From Babesia bigemina (Eukaryota), in NCBI RefSeq assembly GCF_000981445.1, contig NC_027216.1:2170001-2234000 (forward strand): a stretch of DNA of 64,000 nucleotides, in the 5' to 3' direction. Numbering within the stretch: position 1 is the first letter of the stretch; the number at the start of each line of letters is the position of its first letter. Below the pieces are notes generated by a model, which was given only the letters and a program-made list of their open reading frames with translations, was not told the origin of the DNA and made no database searches. This document shows, one piece after another, positions 57,265-64,000 of this stretch. The position numbers and the translations under genes were made by a program.

Positions 57265-60200
57265 ATGCCCGCAGAATCGTCCTTCACCGGTCGAATCTTG
57301 AACTGCCGCACGTCCTGTCAATCCATCGCAGCGGCAATATGTCATCTGGTGACGTGGTGTTTGGTCTGTGCGGTGCTTGCGCAACCCACCCTTTCCCTGG
57401 TGCCTTCATATCGTCGACGAAGCGCTTGTGCTCCATTTCAACATCGAGAGTATCTTTTTATTCCACCAACATCGCAACAACCATGTAGACTTTTTGGCGG
57501 CACGCAGGCATTCATAAGAAGCCTCATAAGCTGCGCACAGACGCCCTCCACCCCTTCTTGCGGCTGCATGCACGGCTCAACGTATGGAGGCCGCATCACT
57601 GGACACGTTAGGGCTGCTGACGGCATTTCACCTTCGGATGCTGCTTATGGCGGGAGGTTTGTGCTTAAAGCGTCGACTAGTGAGACGGCGACGACCCCAG
57701 CGCTGCCTGTGTTGGACATGACCGAGGAGGAGCACGTCATAGCATCTTCGAACCTGTTTAAACTGTTCACTCGCTGTGTGAACGCGTGCGACTCGGACAA
57801 CTTCGACTTCGCCGTGGAAACCATAGTTGATTACGTAAATGCATATGGGAAGTATTGTTCGCCTTTTTTCAAGGAACCCGTCGAGGTGACCGCACCGGCC
57901 CCGGGCTCGGATGCGTCGGATGAAGGCCCGGAAAGTTCCGTAGACGAGTCCAACGCTGATGCTGAAGATGAAGCATTTGAGCACAAGAAGATTCCACCCA
58001 TTTCCGACAGATCGCTCAGCTACCATTACACGTCAGAGGAGGTGGGCATCGACGTCGACGGTGCGCAGCGTCGTTGGCGAGTGGCCATAAAGCCCAACGT
58101 CTCGCGCACAGTGCGGCGGCTAATAATACAGCACCGCAAACTGTGTGCCGGGATCATCGGACGCGCTATGCACAAGGTGTCGAGCCTGGACGATCTAAGG
58201 GCAATAACTACCGTCTCCCGTGACGCCGCCCGTTTGGGGATTGTGGTTCTGAAGGGCATGTACGCCGCGATGTGTGTTATACACGCGAAGCTTGGTCGTG
58301 CAGAAAAGGCCTTCAAATACCTCGAGCGTATGTGGGCTCTGGGTGACCGGCGGCGCCACCGCAGTTACGAGCCGCTGTTCGAGTACTTCGAAGAACACTT
58401 GGATGGAGACGGCATGCTTAGGGTCTTGCGCCACCTGGTCGAAGTGGGAGGGATGCCCGTGAGCGGCTTAATTTTCACGCGCATATTGGTCACAATAGGC
58501 CTGTCAGCCAAACACCGTCTTTTGGAATTGGGCCACAGCAACCCAGTTGAGGATAGGGCTTCCGCCCATGGGCCGTCGAGGCCCGGGCTGCCAGCGGATC
58601 AGGCTACTAGCCTGGGTTCGAACAATCGAATCTCCGCCACCGCCAACATGAAAAGTGATAAACAGCGAGATGCGTTATCGGAGGTCTATGGAACGCTGCG
58701 CCGCCAATTGACAGAGGCGTTGGAAATATTCCACAAGCACTCTTGCAACAGGGTGTCATTGTCATCGCGGCTTGGTTATGTGGTATCTACGGTGCTTTCG
58801 GATGTTGTTCCCGGTCTCGTGCACTACACTCACGTGTCACCAGCCGACTCCTCTACTCTCTCCACTTCCGGCACCGCAGTGTTGACTAACAGCTTCAGTG
58901 ATCACGGTGGAGCTGGGAATAAGATCCCTCACAGCCACGCCCCTCCTGACGCCGAATCGCATGGTGTTTGTGCTAAATGCAAACGTCATTTACCGCTCAT
59001 TCAGCTCTCCGTGGAAGACCGCCTCACAGTGTTCCGCAGTTGGCTGCAGAACATCTACGACTACAACTTCCCGGAAATAATCCGGCTGGCCAACTTCTAC
59101 GCCTGGCTACACGCTCCCATGCGCAATGGAGTGGGCTACACGTGCATTCTGGATGGGCAGAACATTGGTTACCACAGGCGCCAGGACCTGAGCCCGTTAG
59201 ACTTCTACAAGATAGACACGGTGTTGCGTGAGATGGTACGCCGCGGCGAGCGCCCGCTTGTGGTACTTCCCCATTACGCGCGCGCGAACTCCCCCGCTGC
59301 GTGCGACGTGCTTGAGCCGGAGACCATTGATTTGCTGTTCCCAGGCCACAAGCTGCCGCGCAAACCCATAACCCTCTCGAGCGCGACCCCGTCTCGGCCC
59401 AAGCGCTACAGCGCTGCCGAGATCGACGTGATAAACCGTTGGACTGATTCCAAACAGGTGTACTTCTGCAAGGTTGGGAGCTACGATGACAACTACTTCC
59501 TGCTGGCGAACGTGATGACCGGGTGTGCCGAGGAACTTGCCGTGCTGGGCGGTTTCCTCAAATCGAGTTTGAATCTATCACTGGCGCAAAGGAATGAAAC
59601 CGGAGCGTCGGTTCTGGCAGCTGATCTGCCTGACCCTAAGGTGGAGGACTACGTACATGCAGTGGACCCGGCAATGCGCCGCCCAATGATGATCACCGTG
59701 ACCAACGACAGCCTCGCAAACCTGGAGATACCAGGCGTGGAAGAGCGTCTGATGCGCGCGTTACGCGACATACCGTTGAGCCCCTACTTCTTCACCAGCG
59801 ATGAAGGCTGGCACGGCGGCGCATATACAGGTTCCACGGCCAGTGGCTATGGCGGTAACGCCGTGATCGGCCAAAGGCTGAAATATTCCCTAGAGATGTA
59901 TTCATCGGGCCGCGGGGTATACCACATCCCTCTAGGATATGAACGTAAGGTGATTGACTACAGAGCGCGCCACACGGTGTTGGTGACTCGCAACGAGAGG
60001 CCGAGGATAGACCCCCCCGCTGCGGGCGTGTTCCTCGACACACCGGGGCCGTCGGCGAGGAAAGGCGAGCACAACATCGATGCCGAGCTAGTGCAAGTGC
60101 AGGCATGGCTGGATAAACACGGGTACACGGAATTGCTGCAGCGTCTGGGGCCCAGGATGCCGGAGCGTAACACACGCCTCCGCCATCCTCGAGGATACGC

Positions 60201-60321
60201 GATCACCACGCGGACGCCAGAAGCGATGAAGCAAAAGTTCAACCCCTCGCAGCAAACACGCTGGCTGTGTGTAGACCTGTCTGCAATAGACAACGTCGCA
60301 GCGAGCGCCGCTGCCTCGTGA
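57265..60321 (+). CDS. PRORP: Protein-only RNase P (PRORP), organelle-targeted
   Basis: PPR-like helices (RSYEPLF), CAKC, NYN motifs ILDGQNIG, GSYDDNY and VTND, then YHIP and WLC. Hydrophobic plus basic N-terminal leader. Confidence 0.85.
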   Translation: MPAESSFTGRILNCRTSCQSIAAAICHLVTWCLVCAVLAQPTLSLVPSYRRRSACAPFQHREYLFIPPTSQQPCRLFGGTQAFIRSLISCAQTPSTPSCGCMHGSTYGGRITGHVRAADGISPSDAAYGGRFVLKASTSETATTPALPVLDMTEEEHVIASSNLFKLFTRCVNACDSDNFDFAVETIVDYVNAYGKYCSPFFKEPVEVTAPAPGSDASDEGPESSVDESNADAEDEAFEHKKIPPISDRSLSYHYTSEEVGIDVDGAQRRWRVAIKPNVSRTVRRLIIQHRKLCAGIIGRAMHKVSSLDDLRAITTVSRDAARLGIVVLKGMYAAMCVIHAKLGRAEKAFKYLERMWALGDRRRHRSYEPLFEYFEEHLDGDGMLRVLRHLVEVGGMPVSGLIFTRILVTIGLSAKHRLLELGHSNPVEDRASAHGPSRPGLPADQATSLGSNNRISATANMKSDKQRDALSEVYGTLRRQLTEALEIFHKHSCNRVSLSSRLGYVVSTVLSDVVPGLVHYTHVSPADSSTLSTSGTAVLTNSFSDHGGAGNKIPHSHAPPDAESHGVCAKCKRHLPLIQLSVEDRLTVFRSWLQNIYDYNFPEIIRLANFYAWLHAPMRNGVGYTCILDGQNIGYHRRQDLSPLDFYKIDTVLREMVRRGERPLVVLPHYARANSPAACDVLEPETIDLLFPGHKLPRKPITLSSATPSRPKRYSAAEIDVINRWTDSKQVYFCKVGSYDDNYFLLANVMTGCAEELAVLGGFLKSSLNLSLAQRNETGASVLAADLPDPKVEDYVHAVDPAMRRPMMITVTNDSLANLEIPGVEERLMRALRDIPLSPYFFTSDEGWHGGAYTGSTASGYGGNAVIGQRLKYSLEMYSSGRGVYHIPLGYERKVIDYRARHTVLVTRNERPRIDPPAAGVFLDTPGPSARKGEHNIDAELVQVQAWLDKHGYTELLQRLGPRMPERNTRLRHPRGYAITTRTPEAMKQKFNPSQQTRWLCVDLSAIDNVAASAAAS

Positions 60322-60413
60322 TGTGTATCGTGAGTGGTGGGGATTCCGGCTGCCATCGCCCGCGCAGAGCCTTACACACCTATCTTTTTGGGTTTCACCG
60401 TTGGAGTGTAACA

Positions 60414-61694
60414 ATGGCTTTCATAGATAAGGCGCTCTCCCGAGCCCGGGAGGTGGGCGCGCCGCTGTGTCTGGGCCTCGACCCACGCGACGAGATCGTC
60501 GAGAGGTTTTCTCGCACCGGCCTCTACACCGTGCTGTACGACCGCTACGTGGACGGGTGCCCGATGGAGGGCTTCCGCAGTCGCGACATATCATCGGTGT
60601 ACGTGAAGCTGAAGCTGTACTGCTGCTTCGTCATCGAGGCCACGGCTGAACACATTTGCGGCGTGAAGCCGAATCTGGCCTTCTTCATTGCACATGGCGC
60701 TGAGGGAATTCAGGTATGTTAGTCAAAGTCAGGAATACACTATGAATGCGTGCGGTGATGTTGCCCGTTCATGCCCAGAAGTGTGTGCCGTGGCAACATC
60801 GTATGCCGTAGGTGTGTACGTGTTCCCGGTGTCTATTGCCGTATTTCACTCGTTGCATCCATGTAAGCGTGGTGTGTGGAATGTCTGCGGTGACACATGT
60901 CGGTTCGACGGCGTGGTTGATGGTCAAGCATGTCTTCGCCACCGCTGGGCGCGTGCGACTGCGTGTTGCGCCGTAGAGCGTTAGAGTACACATTGACGTG
61001 ATGGAATCCGTGCTGCTTTTAGATGTGCATCTGTGTTAACGGCATTTCAGGCTCTGATGGATGTATGCGAAGTCATTCGCGACATGGAGCTGCCGCTGCT
61101 CCTGGACGCCAAGCTGGGCGACATAGGTTCCACGATGGAGTACTACAAGAAGTTCATCTTCGACATCTTGAATGCCGACGGTTGCACCGTCAACACTCTC
61201 TTGGGCACCGATGTGCTGTCCGTGATGGGCACTGACAGCAACGGCCAGTATGTGAACGACCTGTTTGTGTTGGCCAGGTGTTCCAACCCTTCGTCGGAGC
61301 AGATCCAGGGCGCGATGCTAAGCGACCAAACTCCGGTATACCTGGAGGTAATCAAGTGCTGCGAGTCATTCTACAAGGCTAACAATGTAACCACCGCGCG
61401 CCTCGGCTACGTGGTCGGCGCCACGTGCGTAGGCGTGCTCGCTGAAGTGCGCAAGGCGTACCCCGACTGCACGATACTCATGCCCGGCGTCGGAGTGCAG
61501 GGTGGAGACCTCGGAGCTGCCATGAAAGCTGGTGAGTGTGCTTGTGCGACGCCTTGTAATTCTGCGCAGCGCTGAACGAAAATGGTGGGGGCGTCATTGT
61601 CCCCATTTCTCGGGCGATCATTGACATGCAAAACCCCGGCCAGGCCGCCGTTTACTGGAAGGAACAGATACGGTCGCACCTCCCGAAGGCTTGA
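60414..61694 (+). CDS. OMPDC: Orotidine 5'-phosphate decarboxylase (3 exons)
   Basis: Motifs LCLGLDP, KPNLAFF, LDAKLGDIGST, SNPSS, GYVVGAT, ILMPGVGVQGG and VPISRAI. Confidence 0.95.
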
Positions 61695-61905
61695 AATGTC
61701 TCGCGAGGAAGGCGGCATGCCACACTAACTAAAGTTTCAGGCGGGCTAGGGCATCCTCCTGCCATGTGGGCTCCGAGAGCGGAACCGGTCCATATGTAGT
61801 TTTCAACATGTAGTTAATATAGTTTGAGTCTTTAAAAGTTGCGGCCCTGAGCCGCAGGCGGTGCATCAACGTTGTCACGGGTGCGCGCGTTGATGTTGGT
61901 GACCG

Positions 61906-64000
61906 CTACTCGCTCGACTCCGAGTCGTACCCGTAGCCGACCTCGGAGGCTGACGATTCGGAGTCCTCCTCCACGGCAGAGTCCATGGACTCCACTTTGA
62001 TCTTGACCTTCATCTCATCGCGTTGGGCGATCAGGGTGGGCGTGAGGTAGTTCAGCAAGAGCTGGATGGAATAGGCGACCAGCGCCGGCATCGAGGAAAT
62101 CATGTCGCCACTGAAGTCCTGGAAGTCCTTGTTCGCGCTCCTCGCCTCCTTGCTGCGGTTCTTCAGCGCGTTGGCGTCGTCTTCGTCCTCCGCCTCCACC
62201 AGCATGTTCACCACCCTCGGCGGCGGGCCATGATGGCCGATCGCGGCGTCCATCTCCGGCGCTTGAGATTCGTGCAACACCTTTTTGCCGTAGATATCGT
62301 CATCGTCCGTGGCGTTTTCGCGGCCCTCTGCCGTCTGCTGCTTCAGGATGGTCATGAGCGTGTCGACATTGGAGAACCAGTTGTGGTGTTCGCTGTCGAA
62401 GTTGCCCTTGTCCACCACGATGTCGTCCAGCCGCCGCTTCTGCAGCTGCTTGCGCCAGATGTTCTCCTCGACGGTGTGCTCGCTGATCAAGCGGTACACG
62501 TTGACCTCCCTCGTCTGCCCGATACGGTGGCACCTGTCCATAGCCTGCCTGTCCATCGCCGGGTTCCAGTCGGTGTCGTAGAAGATGACAGTGTCGGCAC
62601 CCGTCAGCGTCAGACCTACACCACCAGCACGTGTGGAGGAGATGAACAGGAATATCTTCTCGTTCTCGTTGAACTTCGTGACGATACGCTGCCTCATGTC
62701 CACCTTGGTGGACCCGTCGAGTCTGACGTATGTGAACCCCATGAAGTTGATCCAGTTTTCCAGGATGTCCAGCATTTTGGAAAACTGGGTGTACAACAGG
62801 CACCTGTGCCCCTCGCTCTTCAACCTCTTCAGCAGACGCCCCAGGACCAGGAACTTGCCGCAATCATCGTGCAGCAGGCTTCGAGGCGGGAAGAGCACCT
62901 TCTGCAGTCCCCGGGCGTGCTCAATGCTGCATTTCGTTTCCTTGAAGTACCTGAATGATGAAGGCCGCTGTAGTTTGCTGTGGATCCGCTGTGCCGTGGC
63001 CTCTTGCCGGCAGTTCCAGGCCACACCTCCTTGGCCAACCATGACGACCCGCCTCGGGTTGCACTCCACAACCTTGCCGGTAGTGCACACAAACCGTGAC
63101 AACATCCACCAGTTGCGTTCCACCACGTCGTCCACGGTGGGCGCTATGATTTTCTGGAAGAATTCGGCCTTGGGCTTCGGGCGTCGATCGATGGTGAACT
63201 TGTTCAGCAGGAAACTGTCGTTCACCTCCAGCAGCTCCCGCTTATTCACTACTACGTTGGAGTCATCGATTTGTCGAGCGAAATACTTGGGTTCGTGCAT
63301 TACGGTCGGATCCACGTCATGGGTTGCATCATCGGTAGTGCAAACTACATAGTTGGACTCCGTAGCAAAGTCCGAAACATCGGATATATCGCTCGTCGGC
63401 AAAAAGTAATCCATGTTGTGCATCATCGGCCCTGCGTGGTGGGGAGGTGTGGGAATGTTGACGAATGGATCAATGTCTTGCATCACTGCGTTGGCGGGGC
63501 TGCTCGTACTGACAGACCGTCCGCTGTCTAAGGCCATGGCTACGATCCCGTTACCTACTTGTTGGAACCTGTCGTGGAACCCGAAGTTTGTTGAGGTGGC
63601 ATCGGATTCCGAAAAGGCGCAAGAGGAAGCCGTGATTGAAATCGACGGCCCCAGAGTTTGGTCGTATTCGCGCCCTACCGACGCACGTCTAGTTGGCGAA
63701 CAACGCATATGGCGCCGTCTAATATCTTCGAATGGGTTGCCCGAAAGCATGTGTTCGACGAGGAATCCAGAAAGCGTAAGTTTCCGCCTTCCACCTGATT
63801 TCCGACTAAGCAGGCACTTGGAAATCGGGAATCGGGACACCACAGGTAGCTGGGCCACGTCTCCGTCGTATGCGTTGTTGTTTTGCCTAAAAACGCGTTG
63901 GAACTGCACCTTGCTGCCTCGGAAGGATCTGACAAACGAGGGCGGCAGGACCACACGGTCTTGGTGGCCCCTGGCGCCCACCATTATGGGTAGCGTCTCA
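61906..64000 (-). CDS. SWR1/SRCAP-type SNF2 ATPase, C-terminal part (5' end beyond the window)
   Basis: DCGKFLVL..LKSEGHRCLLYTQFSKMLDILE, STRAGGVGL, GADTVIFYDTDWNPAMDRQAMDRCHRIGQTREV. Confidence 0.93.
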   Translation of the reverse strand, partial: ETLPIMVGARGHQDRVVLPPSFVRSFRGSKVQFQRVFRQNNNAYDGDVAQLPVVSRFPISKCLLSRKSGGRRKLTLSGFLVEHMLSGNPFEDIRRRHMRCSPTRRASVGREYDQTLGPSISITASSCAFSESDATSTNFGFHDRFQQVGNGIVAMALDSGRSVSTSSPANAVMQDIDPFVNIPTPPHHAGPMMHNMDYFLPTSDISDVSDFATESNYVVCTTDDATHDVDPTVMHEPKYFARQIDDSNVVVNKRELLEVNDSFLLNKFTIDRRPKPKAEFFQKIIAPTVDDVVERNWWMLSRFVCTTGKVVECNPRRVVMVGQGGVAWNCRQEATAQRIHSKLQRPSSFRYFKETKCSIEHARGLQKVLFPPRSLLHDDCGKFLVLGRLLKRLKSEGHRCLLYTQFSKMLDILENWINFMGFTYVRLDGSTKVDMRQRIVTKFNENEKIFLFISSTRAGGVGLTLTGADTVIFYDTDWNPAMDRQAMDRCHRIGQTREVNVYRLISEHTVEENIWRKQLQKRRLDDIVVDKGNFDSEHHNWFSNVDTLMTILKQQTAEGRENATDDDDIYGKKVLHESQAPEMDAAIGHHGPPPRVVNMLVEAEDEDDANALKNRSKEARSANKDFQDFSGDMISSMPALVAYSIQLLLNYLTPTLIAQRDEMKVKIKVESMDSAVEEDSESSASEVGYGYDSESSE

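Noticed and set aside
1..64000. tRNA, rRNA or transposase genes
   Set aside because: None were recognised by eye; tRNAscan-SE and Rfam were not run.

Overview
This is eukaryotic piroplasm DNA, most likely Babesia sensu stricto (a B. bigemina/ovata/caballi-like lineage; the species cannot be fixed from sequence alone). The genes are compact and carry ~35-nt GT-AG introns. Two housekeeping blocks flank an accessory island. The first block (1-20.4 kb) holds CLPTM1-like, M18 aminopeptidase, Sac1/5-phosphatase, a degenerate DEAD-box protein, PIG-C, a second inositol 5-phosphatase, snurportin-1, acylphosphatase and PRL. The second block (43-64 kb) holds ApiAP2, a TPR protein, Dsk2, a UDP-Gal-type transporter, an apicoplast-type Ufd1, Vps41/Vps8-like, PRORP, OMP decarboxylase and SWR1. 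The ~22-kb island (20.4-42 kb) contains two ves/VESA1-related genes, a 6-Cys gene and an unrecognised family of small Cys-rich single-TM proteins (4 full members with an 18-Cys core, 1 half-size member, 1 orphan tail). The most striking structure is in the leaders. The Cys-rich genes and the large ves-like gene each have a 5' leader built from tandem ~76-bp units of [micro-exon + GT-AG intron], yet the two units are unrelated in sequence. The Cys-rich family also shares 3' and upstream elements and contains a 281-bp perfect duplication. All calls come from motif recognition by eye; no searches were run. Multi-exon CDS coordinates are outer spans.
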